DNA from: Candidatus Poribacteria bacterium
Lineage (GTDB): Bacteria > Poribacteria > WGA-4E > WGA-3G
Assembly (NCBI GenBank): GCA_965197475.1
Contig: CBDANF010000002.1
Coordinates: 32,001 to 96,000, forward strand
Direction: 5' to 3'
DNA: 64,000 bases
Made by a program: the position numbers and the translations under genes. This document shows, in pieces, positions 46,001-54,685 of this stretch (the stretch's first letter is position 1; the number at the start of each line of letters is the position of its first letter). The notes under the pieces are model-generated. The model did no database searches. It had not been told where the DNA came from and saw nothing but the letters and a program-made list of their open reading frames with translations.

Positions 46001-47905
46001 CGTCAACATAAAATCGCGTTCGCCCTTGATGGAAACCAGCTTGCAGCAATAAGTTCGAAACGCAACCGTCCTAATAATACAATTTTGCTCTGGAACACAC
46101 ATACTGGAGAATTATTAAAGACTTATTCAGAAAAGAATAACTTTCTTTTCTTTGTATCCATAGATTTTTCTGCTGAAGGAGAACTTATCACCGTTGCCAG
46201 AGAATCACACAAAAAACTCCATATACGGAATTTTAATATAAGTGAAAACCTTGCAGTTCTTGAAGGGCATGACGAAACAATTCATATAGCCGCAATTTCA
46301 CCTGATAAAACTACGCTTGCAAGTGCAGGACGGAGTGGTGCAATACGCTTCTGGGATATAGACACCGGTAAACTCCGCACGACAATCACTGGACATACGA
46401 GTCCTGTAACCTCAATAGCCTTGTCCCCTGACGGATCGACGCTCGCTACGGGAAATTATGATCAACTGATACAGTTATGGGATCTACTCACACAACAGCA
46501 CAAAGGCACAATTCCTGACGTTAAAAATCCCTACGGTTCCTCAGTAGTTGCCTATTCGCCAGACAATACAATCCTTGCAGAAGGTAGAATGGACAGTGTC
46601 AGGCTATTGGACATAAATACACTTCAACAAAAGGTCGCCTTGACAGGCCATAGAGGAAGTATTGACACTGTGGCATTTTCTCCAGATGGGCGGACATTTG
46701 CAATAGGAGCACGGTATGACAAAAAAATCCATTTGTGGAACGTGCACACCGGTGAGCAGAAACTAACGCTCAAAGGGTATACAGATAGAATATATTCTTT
46801 AGCGTTTTCCCCGGATGGCGCAACAATTGCAAGTGCTGAAACACTGTCTCCAGGTGAAGAAGCAATCCGACTCTGGGATACAAAAACAGGCACGCTTCAC
46901 AAGACGTTAGCCAATTTGATAAACCCCATTAGAGGACAACGACTCCCTGTCATCTCCATAGCATTTTCACCAGATGGAAAAACAGTTGCCAGTTTAGATG
47001 TAAGCAGTGATGTTCAATTGTGGGATGTAGAAACAAGAAAACACAATACTACGCTGAAAGCCAATTTAGAGGACATTTACGGTTATTATGGCGAAAATTC
47101 TGCTATAGCATTTTCTCCAGATGGTACAACGTTGGTCAGTACCGGTCTCCGCTCTACCATCAATGTTTGGGATGTAGAAACAGGAAAACATCAAAAAGCA
47201 TTGAAGGGACATTCAGGTCGCGTTACATCTCTTGAATATACAGCGGATGGCACAACACTTGCAAGTGCAAGTAAAGACGGCACCGTGCTTTTGTGGCCAA
47301 TGAAATCGACACCTGACACGCGCCTGAACATCACACCGCTCTCCATAGAATCTCCACCTGCTGGCACACAACTCACCTTTAACATTAACATGACTGATGG
47401 ACAGAACGTCACTGGCTATCAATTCACGTTACAGTATGATGCAAAAGCACTCCGATATATTCCTAACACCGAAAATGACCCAAAAATAAGGAACGTGAAC
47501 ACTACACCTCCTGCTGAAGCGGAAAATTCTATTACATTTGCGGGAAAAGCATCTCCAGGTTCCAGCATAGAGAATGGCACAATCGCTACCGTAACTTTTG
47601 AAGTTATTAAACGCACAGACGTAATCTTGACGTTAACTGAGCCACTTCTTACACACAAAAATGGTGAAGATTCGCGTCCGATTGTTGGTCGCGCATGGAT
47701 CGTTGAACCACCACGTATCCCGGAAGATGTTAACCACGATTGGGTGTTAGATGCTGCAGACCTTGAATTCGTCTCGTCGCGTCTTGGGCAGACAGGAAAA
47801 GAGAATAGCGCAGATATTAACGGGGATGGGATTGTTGATATTGCGGACCTCGTCTTGGTTAGAAATGCACTTTATGGTACGGAACCTGAATCCGAAACAG
47901 ATTGA
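43091..47905 (+). CDS. Secreted protein with two WD40-propeller/cohesin modules and a C-terminal dockerin
   Basis: Two LPxxAxARxGxG-led WD40 blocks, each followed by GYQ.T..(F/Y)D..ALRY...GT.A.VTFEVI; EDVNHD...ADINGDGIVDIADL. Confidence 0.88.
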   Translation: MKLMRTLIVTLLLIFTSLSEGISQDSSQWALPENAIARIGRGRITDMAYSPDGKLLAVGTSIGTWLYDAHSGAEVALLTGYTNEDFGGFSGNVPHKSSLSFSPDGKMLASAYWDGKVRVWDVSTRKLISTIKGYWHSALFSPDGKILSTGDILWDTDSFKQISSLGKRNSGGSAFTFSPDGTVLVTGVSPKISLWNLKTEQRETIDVGERGFINSVVYSPDSTTLASCGMWDNTIRLWDPKTGEQKAILKGHTRVVNSVAYSPDGKTLASSCWDMIRLWDAKTGQHKMTIPKPDALFTEIEYTRDGKTLTSVSANGKIQLWDAKTGQHKGILTYVQSIYSMLPSPDGRKIATGLHGDLLLWHISTQQPKPILTVHTEYITPVLFSQDGTTITCVKSSMEHVALLLCDVQTGKRDETFSQQLKNVYSRTLSPDGKILALKIEYSTIQLWNTTTGEQKATLTKQQGRFDTMIFSPDSSLFVTRDDGGTIELWDAKTGQHKTVLTNQGGVTDALAFSPDGKVLACSGNNEVHLWDLNTGTQIYSTFATSDRMPGFISLAFSPDGTIFASGSYDAKIRLWNTTTGLLMDTLIGHTGPIESLMFLPQQKVSVAANSKISRSSKTKTTLASRSRDGTVLLWEVKPFVETAAVVNITPSLVESPEISEQLTLNVDIKGGTNVSGYQLTVEFDATALRYVSAENGDYLPSNTTLDASLDPLWMRALNRVKLIGASSSNEPNSGVGTLASVTFEVIEAKASTVSLPKVHLEKSDGSFARPIVEHGSVLDPTQSKKTPVDYTQFALPDSAKARLGKGTIYDIKFSPDNTRLAVASSIGIWLYDANTGDELALLKGHTKPAFVIAFSPEGDLLASGSSNGTLRLWNSLTYQQLKTFRGDSTTIAFSPDGQTLFNGRQLWNVHTGQPLAAIKPGNIETVTDAAFSPNGKTLATTTREGKIELWDVNSGQRKTLLYEGEHSNSRQHKIAFALDGNQLAAISSKRNRPNNTILLWNTHTGELLKTYSEKNNFLFFVSIDFSAEGELITVARESHKKLHIRNFNISENLAVLEGHDETIHIAAISPDKTTLASAGRSGAIRFWDIDTGKLRTTITGHTSPVTSIALSPDGSTLATGNYDQLIQLWDLLTQQHKGTIPDVKNPYGSSVVAYSPDNTILAEGRMDSVRLLDINTLQQKVALTGHRGSIDTVAFSPDGRTFAIGARYDKKIHLWNVHTGEQKLTLKGYTDRIYSLAFSPDGATIASAETLSPGEEAIRLWDTKTGTLHKTLANLINPIRGQRLPVISIAFSPDGKTVASLDVSSDVQLWDVETRKHNTTLKANLEDIYGYYGENSAIAFSPDGTTLVSTGLRSTINVWDVETGKHQKALKGHSGRVTSLEYTADGTTLASASKDGTVLLWPMKSTPDTRLNITPLSIESPPAGTQLTFNINMTDGQNVTGYQFTLQYDAKALRYIPNTENDPKIRNVNTTPPAEAENSITFAGKASPGSSIENGTIATVTFEVIKRTDVILTLTEPLLTHKNGEDSRPIVGRAWIVEPPRIPEDVNHDWVLDAADLEFVSSRLGQTGKENSADINGDGIVDIADLVLVRNALYGTEPESETD

Positions 47906-47931
47906 GATGCAACACTATATTCGTTATTTAT

Positions 47932-48052
47932 CAGAGCCATTCAATTTTCGGTTTTTTGTGCGTTTTAGTCGTAAAGTCGCGACCGGGAGGTCGCTCCTAC
48001 AGAGGAGACCGTGAGCACAAGGTAGCAACTACTGAAGAATTGAATGGCTCTG
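47932..48052. mobile_element. MITE (121 bp) carrying a GTAG-REP hairpin
   Basis: 15-bp TIRs CAGAGCCATTCAATT/AATTGAATGGCTCTG; perfect 9-bp TSD GTTATTTAT; second copy at 52669-52791. Confidence 0.92.
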
Positions 48053-48414
48053 GTTATTTATATTTTGCTATGAAAAAAAGACGCAAACTATGCTATACTA
48101 TACTTTAGACAATTTTTAGAGTTCTTGAGTGATAGTCAAGGTCAATAGAAACACCTTAGACATCAATATAAGATTTATTGATACACATTTCGCCCGCTGG
48201 GGCTGCCTTTGCTGAACCTATAATAGTTTTTCTGTGAGGTACAACTTTGCACAAAACTCGTAGAAAAATAGAAAGGACTTGAGAACACAACATGAAACAG
48301 ACAGAAATTGTCCAAACTTTAATATACTATAAATGCTGAAAGTAGATACCCCTGAAACATGGACAAGAGTTGAACTTCTCAAAACTAACAACATAAATTT
48401 TCATTAGGAAACCC

Positions 48415-49518
48415 GTGAACACGAAAAAGAAGAACTTAAAACCGAAACCCGGTATCGAAACCATTAAAGCGTATCAGGGTGGCAAACCGATTGAAGAGGT
48501 TAAACGCGAACTCGGCATCTCTGATATTATCAAGTTAGCATCGAATGAAAACCCGCTTGGTCCTTCACCGTTAGCGATGCAAGCAATTCAGGAAGTCTCT
48601 CAGCAGGTACATTTCTATCCTGACGGAAATGCCTACTATCTCAAAGTAGATTTAGCCAAACATCTTGGTGTTACTGAAGATCATCTGATTTTGACAAACG
48701 GTTCAAACGAGGTGCTACAACTCGTCGGTGAAACCTACATTGAGCCTGGTGACGAAGTGATTTATGCGGAAGGTGCGTTTGTTGTATATGGACACGTCGC
48801 CAAGGTTACCGGTGCTACTTCCGTTGTCGTTCCGATGCAGAGCGATACACACCACTTACCATCAATGGCAGCAGCAATTACGGATAAAACAAAGGCTATC
48901 TTCATAGCAAATCCAAACAACCCTACCGGCACTATGGTTACTGCAGCTGAAACAGCACATTTTATGGCGCAGGTGCCAGAAAATGTTTTGGTTATCTTTG
49001 ACGAGGCGTATTATGAATATGTCACGCATCCCGACTATCCTCAAACGCTGCCTTATGTGATGGAAGAACGCAACTTCATTATCACCCGAACCTTTTCCAA
49101 AATCTACGGTCTTGCAGGTTTACGGGTAGGTTACGGCATCGCGCCGCCCTCCATCATTGCAACGATGAATCCTGTGCGTCAACCGTTTAATTGTAACGCA
49201 GTAGCACAAGCAGCCGCACGGGCAGCACTTGAAGATACCGACTACGTTAAGAAAAGCCAACAAATGAACGTAGCAGGGAAAGCCTTCCTATACGCTGCAT
49301 TTAACAAATTGGGGCTTCGTTATATTAAAACCGAAGGGAATTTTATCATGGTTTTTGTCAATCAACCCGGTGCAGATTTAGCGGATGCTATGATGAAAAA
49401 AGGGGTTATCGTTCGCGAAATGACAGACTACGGTTACCCTGATGCAATTCGGGTTACAATCGGCAGGCAGGAGGAAAACGAACGTTTTCTTGAGGTCCTT
49501 ACGACACCTGTAAGGTAA
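48415..49518 (+). CDS. hisC: Histidinol-phosphate aminotransferase
   Basis: KLASNENPLGPSP, YPD, NGSNE, ANPNNPTG, DEAYYEY, RTFSKIYGLAGLRVGY. Confidence 0.95.
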   Translation: MNTKKKNLKPKPGIETIKAYQGGKPIEEVKRELGISDIIKLASNENPLGPSPLAMQAIQEVSQQVHFYPDGNAYYLKVDLAKHLGVTEDHLILTNGSNEVLQLVGETYIEPGDEVIYAEGAFVVYGHVAKVTGATSVVVPMQSDTHHLPSMAAAITDKTKAIFIANPNNPTGTMVTAAETAHFMAQVPENVLVIFDEAYYEYVTHPDYPQTLPYVMEERNFIITRTFSKIYGLAGLRVGYGIAPPSIIATMNPVRQPFNCNAVAQAAARAALEDTDYVKKSQQMNVAGKAFLYAAFNKLGLRYIKTEGNFIMVFVNQPGADLADAMMKKGVIVREMTDYGYPDAIRVTIGRQEENERFLEVLTTPVR

Positions 49519-49539
49519 GGTAAGGTAAGGTAAGGTAAA
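49510..49539. repeat. (GTAAG)5 microsatellite overlapping the hisC stop
   Basis: GTAAG five times, then GTAAA. Confidence 0.9.
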
Positions 49540-49547
49540 CCGATAAA

Positions 49548-49793
49548 TATAAGTGTCAATTTAAGGACATGAATTCGTATAGCTTCGGAGAGACGGTATG
49601 TTTATAGCAAAGGCACTCACCAATGTTTTTGTGTCTCGTAAAGGCAGTATGCTGTTGTTATACACATTCCACTCTTACGGAGTTCAACAAGTGTGAGAAG
49701 TATCTTTCTATAAACATATCGTCCCTACGGAACTAAAGAAATCGGGCGGACAAAGCCCTCCCACAAGAAAATCTTTACTAATTGATGCCTATG
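49548..49793. mobile_element. Degenerate MITE/REP composite
   Basis: Imperfect ends ATAAGTGTCAATT/AATTGATGCCTAT; internal IR GACGGTATGTTTATAG/CTATAAACATATCGTC; region bracketed by direct repeat GTAAACCGATAA (49535-46 and 49800-11). Confidence 0.5.
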
Positions 49794-49828
49794 GGCAAAG
49801 TAAACCGATAACTGACAACCCTATAAAT

Positions 49829-50944
49829 ATGAAAGAACTAATTCAGATTGATAATCGGAAACGAACGCGAAAAATACAGGTCGGCACCGTACCGATTGGA
49901 GGCGGTAATCCGATCTCCATTCAGACGATGACGACAACGTTGACGCATGACGTTGATGCAACGTTAGCACAAGTTGAGCGGTGCGCGGAAGCAGGCGCGC
50001 ATATCGTCCGAGTCGCAGTGCCAGAAGAAAAAGACGCTAAAGCACTCAGTACTTTAGTGAAACGTTCGCCAGTGCCAATCGTGTCTGATATCCATTTCAA
50101 CTACCGATACGCCTTAGCCGCTGTAGACGCGGGTGTTGCTAAAGTCCGCATCAATCCGGGCAACATCGGTAGCGAAGAACGGATTACACATGTGTTGTCC
50201 GCTGCCAAAGCTGCAAATATCCCTATCCGTATCGGTGTGAACGAGGGTTCGCTTGAAAAAGACTTATTGGAGAAATATCCTTCACCGACAGCAGAAGCGT
50301 TGGTAGAAAGTGCGATGCGACATATCAATATCTGTGAAGAACATGATTTTACAGATATTGCTATCTCTGTCAAATCCAGCGACCCACTTCGGATGATAGA
50401 GGCAAACCGATTGCTTTCAGCGAAGGTTCGCTACCCGTTACACCTCGGGGTAACGGAAGCTGGCACGCCACGGCGCGCGCATGTTAAATCTACACTCGGT
50501 ATTGGAACGCTGTTATTAGAGGGCATAGGGGACACAATCCGCATCTCTATCACTGGCGACCCCGTCGAAGAGGTATTAACTGCCAAGGAGCTCCTGCGTG
50601 CACTCGGTATGGCTGACAATATATTAGATGTGATCTCTTGTCCGTTTTGTGGACGCGGCGACCCTGATGCTGGTTACGAGAATATCGTTATCGCCGCAGA
50701 GGAACTTTTGGAAAAGCACGGCATCACTAATATTCGTATAGCAGTGATGGGGTGTGAAGTCAACGGTCCTGGTGAAACGCGCAACGCGAAACTTGGTATC
50801 CATCTGGGCGGCAAAGAACTGGCTGTCCTGAAGGTGAACGGTGAACGGGTGCGTACCTTCCGTGGTAAAAACGAAGTCAATCCGGAGTTTTTAGCGAACG
50901 CTTTATTAGAAGTAGCACAGCAATTGCAAATATCCGAAGTGTAA
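49829..50944 (+). CDS. ispG: (E)-4-hydroxy-3-methylbut-2-enyl-diphosphate synthase
   Basis: IQTMT, SDIHF, RINPGNIG, RIGVN.GSL, YPLHLGVTEAG, GIGDTIRIS, ISCP.CGR, AVMGC.VNGPGE. Confidence 0.96.
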   Translation: MKELIQIDNRKRTRKIQVGTVPIGGGNPISIQTMTTTLTHDVDATLAQVERCAEAGAHIVRVAVPEEKDAKALSTLVKRSPVPIVSDIHFNYRYALAAVDAGVAKVRINPGNIGSEERITHVLSAAKAANIPIRIGVNEGSLEKDLLEKYPSPTAEALVESAMRHINICEEHDFTDIAISVKSSDPLRMIEANRLLSAKVRYPLHLGVTEAGTPRRAHVKSTLGIGTLLLEGIGDTIRISITGDPVEEVLTAKELLRALGMADNILDVISCPFCGRGDPDAGYENIVIAAEELLEKHGITNIRIAVMGCEVNGPGETRNAKLGIHLGGKELAVLKVNGERVRTFRGKNEVNPEFLANALLEVAQQLQISEV

Positions 50945-50997
50945 ATCTTTTCAGGCGGGGTGTTTACCCGCTCATTTCTTGTAACAAGAAAGCGAAA

Positions 50998-52506
50998 ATG
51001 CAGTACCTGCAGAAAACGATCCGATCTATTGTCGGGCAAACAGCTGCCATCGCGCTATTTTTCTTCTTATATCACAAACTTGTGGTATATATTATGCGCG
51101 AGACAGGACTTGATCTTGGTGCACTCAACTATAGCAAACACTTTATCCCACTCTATGCGATACCCCAACTCAGTCTAAGTTGGTGGATTTTTCCTGCCCT
51201 TGGTGTGTGTATAGGGTTCCTGTATCTTTGCTATAAATACCTCCTTCCGAATAACATTAGTCCACGTCGCCTTGTCGGTTTCGCAATTATCTGCTTTCTT
51301 GCCATCAATATCAGTGTTGCCCAAATAGATGGATACCGAGAAATAGGAACAGAAGACGATCCTGAGCGAATTTTAGCTCTTTTAGAACCCTATACACGAA
51401 CATCTTTGGAATACTACAGCGACGTGCCACGTATTGACGAACTGGGACTCCGCACATTTTTGCGAGATTTCAGCAAACCAGAGTTGTTCAATACACTTTC
51501 AGGACACACGCGAACACATCCACCTGGTGGTGTAGTTTTCTTATGGGTTGTTAGCAAAATTTTTGGCTACAACCTCGTATCAGCATCGTTGGCATCAGTT
51601 CTCTTTACTGCACTTACGGTGATACCCATCTATAAACTTGCGGAACGTCTCTACGGCGAAAAGGTTGCGCTTTACGCGCTGCTGCTTTTCCTCATCACGC
51701 CCAACTTCGTGATGTTTACCGCTACATCTATGGACGGTCCCTTTAGTGTATTTCCAGTTCTCAGTCTCTACCTATTTTATGAAGCGCGAGAACGAGAAAC
51801 CGCATCGGACATGGAATTGGATACATTTCGCCCTTACAGTTTATTAACAGGTATTTCGCTCGGGCTCGGTATGTTTATGACTTATGCAACTGTAGTCATT
51901 GGCGTTTTTCTATGTGTTATTGCTTTATTAGAACGGAAACGGTTTGTGCAGTACTTAAAGGTCTTGGCGTTTGCGGGGGCAGGTTTCATCGGATTCTACC
52001 TGTTGCTTTTTATACTGACCGGCTTCCAACCAATTGAGGCACTCTGGGCAGCAATCAAAAAAGATGAAGCAGGGATGGGGACAGGCTTTGAAAGTATTGA
52101 CCGTTTTTTCCACTTGAGCTTCGCCAATCTTTTTGCTTTCCTAATTGGTGTAGGCATTCCGATTACAACGGTCTGGTTACGTCAATTGGTATCGTCAGTA
52201 CAGGAATGGAAGCAGAACGACGCATCATCTGAACTGAAAAACAATCAGCCCCGTATTCCTTGGATATTTCGCCTTGAAAAGTCAGACACTTTTGTCATCG
52301 GTTTTTTGATAACGCTCCTCTTTTTCACATTTTCGACCCTGTTTACGATGGAAGTGGAACGTGTCTGGATTTTCATGGTCCCATTTTTCGTTATACCTGT
52401 TGCTAAATATCTCACAGCGCGACCCCGTTCCAATTTTTACTGGGTTGCTGGCATGTTAGTTGCCCAACTCATCATATCAGAAGTTCTGCTCTTTACGTAT
52501 TGGTAA
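50998..52506 (+). CDS. GT-C superfamily (PMT-like) integral membrane glycosyltransferase
   Basis: Multi-TM; HPPG motif after a periplasmic loop; P...F.ATSMD; EVERVW.F. Confidence 0.65.
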   Translation: MQYLQKTIRSIVGQTAAIALFFFLYHKLVVYIMRETGLDLGALNYSKHFIPLYAIPQLSLSWWIFPALGVCIGFLYLCYKYLLPNNISPRRLVGFAIICFLAINISVAQIDGYREIGTEDDPERILALLEPYTRTSLEYYSDVPRIDELGLRTFLRDFSKPELFNTLSGHTRTHPPGGVVFLWVVSKIFGYNLVSASLASVLFTALTVIPIYKLAERLYGEKVALYALLLFLITPNFVMFTATSMDGPFSVFPVLSLYLFYEARERETASDMELDTFRPYSLLTGISLGLGMFMTYATVVIGVFLCVIALLERKRFVQYLKVLAFAGAGFIGFYLLLFILTGFQPIEALWAAIKKDEAGMGTGFESIDRFFHLSFANLFAFLIGVGIPITTVWLRQLVSSVQEWKQNDASSELKNNQPRIPWIFRLEKSDTFVIGFLITLLFFTFSTLFTMEVERVWIFMVPFFVIPVAKYLTARPRSNFYWVAGMLVAQLIISEVLLFTYW

Positions 52507-52606
52507 CGTGAGTTTGACAAATGCCGTAGGGAATCAACGCCGAATGCGCGTATGGCATTCGGCCAAATCAACGCAGCGTGCGCTTATGGCACGCTGCAGG
52601 GTAGAT

Positions 52607-52660
52607 ATTGGAATCCAAACACAAAAGCTGCATAATTCTTTGTACAAAACTTTACACACC
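52607..52660 (+). mobile_element. Remnant right end of a second ISKra4-family copy
   Basis: TATTGGAATCCAAACACAAAAGCTGCATAA...TGTACAAAACTTTACACACC aligns with 54201-54255. Confidence 0.8.
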
Positions 52661-52668
52661 TGATGTTG

Positions 52669-52791
52669 CAGAGCCATTCAGTTTTCGGTTTTTTGTGCAT
52701 TTTAATGGTTAAATCGCGACCAGGAGTTCGCTCCTACAGAGGAAAGACCGTGATCAGAAAGTAGCAACTACCAGAGAATTGAACAGCTCTG
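52669..52791. mobile_element. MITE, diverged copy of 47932-48052
   Basis: Ends CAGAGCCATTCAGTT/AATTGAACAGCTCTG; degenerate TSD CCTGATGTTG/CCCGATGTTA. Confidence 0.85.
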
Positions 52792-52803
52792 CCCGATGTT
52801 AGG

Positions 52804-54255
52804 GGGTGTGTAAAGTTTTTGTACAGGTATGAATTGGAAAGATGTTACAAGTTTACCCAAAAATGGTATCCTATCCTAATAAATTATGAACAAAATAGGA
52901 GAGGATACCGATGTTTAGTATATCATTAGAGCGTTGTGAAGTCAAAGCGTTTGAAGGCGTATTTCAGAAGTTTGTAGAAGAATTCAACGATTTTGCGGGA
53001 GAGATGTTTTCCGATCCGTGTATACCGTTAGAAGAAGCGGAGTTTCGTGTATTTGAGGCATCTCGTTCGTGGTGTCAAAAGTTTTTAGAGATATTTATTT
53101 CTCAAAAAGCGAGTGAACAGTCTGGTGAACCTGTTGAATGTCCCGAACATCAGGAAGCGTGTCGTCCGTGGTGTAAAAGAGAGCGGCGTATTACGACCTT
53201 GTGTGGTGTTATCCGTGTAAAACGTTGGGTGTATCGTTGTCCTTGTGGTCATAATCATGTGCCGTTTGATACCAAACAGAAGTTGCGAGGTCAATGGACG
53301 CATCGTGTTGCTGAGGCGATGTGTCGTTTGGCGGCACTTCTTGACTTTAGAGAAGCGTCAGAAGAGTTATCTCGTCAGGGAATAGAAGTCCGCCACACGA
53401 CACTTCATCAAAAAGTGTGTGAGTGGTCAGAAGATTTGAGCGTTTGTGAACAAGTGGAAACCCAAAAGCTTGTAGAAAATCAGCGATGGTATGTGAGTTG
53501 TGATGGCTGTCGGACGAACTCACTGGATGGTTGGAAAGAAGTAAAAGTTGGTTGTATTTATAGGGATTATCCGCAACAAGGTTCTGGGGCGATACCGAGT
53601 GCCAGAACATCCAGTATCCGTTATGTTGCGTCTCGTCCTGATGTGGCACATTTTGGTAAAGAGTTGTTTGCGTTAGCGACAAACAGCGGTATCTATCAAG
53701 AAGCTATAGATACCCAGGAGATTGTGTTTATTGGCGATGGTGCTGCGTGGATATGGAACTTAGCCGATGAACACTTCCCCAATGCGGTTGAGATTGTGGA
53801 TTACAGGCAGGCCAAATCTCATCTGTATGATGTTGCCAAACACGCATTTGGTGAGACTGAAATAGAAGCGATTGGTGCGTGGATAAAAGCGACGGAACCG
53901 CATCTTTTTGATGGCCACATCACAGAAGTGGTCGCACGCATCTGCACCTTAGGAGCACAGAACCCGGAAGTTTCGGATATTTTAGAAAGAGAAGCGAAGT
54001 ATTTTGAAAAACACGCGAAGCGTATGCGGTATCAAGCGTTTAGAGAAAAAGGATATCAGATTGGCAGTGGTGTGATTGAGAGTGCCTGTAAACATGTTGT
54101 CGGGCAAAGATGTAAACAGGCTTCTATGAGGCGGGAGAAACCGGGTATCAACGCTGTACTTGGGTGGCGATGTTTGTATAAGAATAATGCTTGGGATAGT
54201 TATTGGTATCTAAACACAAAGCCGCATAATCTTTGTACAAAAACTTTACACACCC
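52804..54255 (+). mobile_element. ISKra4-family (Mutator-like DDE) insertion sequence
   Basis: Perfect 22-bp TIRs GGGTGTGTAAAGTTTTTGTACA/TGTACAAAAACTTTACACACCC. Confidence 0.88.
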
Positions 54256-54293
54256 GTTTCGGCTTTGGGCCTTTGACTCGTTTCGCTAAATGA
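52911..54293 (+). CDS. ISKra4-family transposase (C-terminus extended through the right TIR by a 1-nt deletion)
   Basis: CP..C...R.ITTLCG...R..Y.C.CG zinc motif; CDG, WKEVKVG, IGDGAAWIW, DY..A, IGSGVIESACK...RCK. Confidence 0.88.
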   Translation: MFSISLERCEVKAFEGVFQKFVEEFNDFAGEMFSDPCIPLEEAEFRVFEASRSWCQKFLEIFISQKASEQSGEPVECPEHQEACRPWCKRERRITTLCGVIRVKRWVYRCPCGHNHVPFDTKQKLRGQWTHRVAEAMCRLAALLDFREASEELSRQGIEVRHTTLHQKVCEWSEDLSVCEQVETQKLVENQRWYVSCDGCRTNSLDGWKEVKVGCIYRDYPQQGSGAIPSARTSSIRYVASRPDVAHFGKELFALATNSGIYQEAIDTQEIVFIGDGAAWIWNLADEHFPNAVEIVDYRQAKSHLYDVAKHAFGETEIEAIGAWIKATEPHLFDGHITEVVARICTLGAQNPEVSDILEREAKYFEKHAKRMRYQAFREKGYQIGSGVIESACKHVVGQRCKQASMRREKPGINAVLGWRCLYKNNAWDSYWYLNTKPHNLCTKTLHTRFGFGPLTRFAK

Positions 54294-54379
54294 GGTAAGA
54301 TATAATGATTGAAATCCTTACGGGAAACCTGTTTGGGAATACAGTTGTATTTTGGTGATTTTTGGGTCTCGTTTGTCAT
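54256..54379 (-). pseudogene. N-terminal fragment of a probable IS5-type transposase, cut at the ISKra4 right end
   Basis: MTNETQKSPKYNCIPKQVSRKDFNHYILPHLAKRVKGPKPK with an RBS; resembles IS5-type transposase N-termini; stops at the TIR. Confidence 0.5.
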
Positions 54380-54685
54380 AATAACACCTTTCATAAAATA
54401 AATCGGTATCTGAAGTGGAAAGAAAGGGACATAAATTATACCCTTTTCTTTTCCTATTTTACCACATCCTTATGTTTTACTCAATATGACTTCTCTATAA
54501 ATAGGTTTTACTCTGTCAACCATTTTTAAACTTTAGGTTACGACACAAAGTTTCGGGTGTGTAAATAATTTGTCAAAGTTAGGTGAAGTCCGTTTGGCGT
54601 TGATTTGGCAATGAATTGCGCGACTACACACGCAACTACTATAAATGTTAGGTTTCGCAGGCACAACCTAACCTACAACAAGGCA

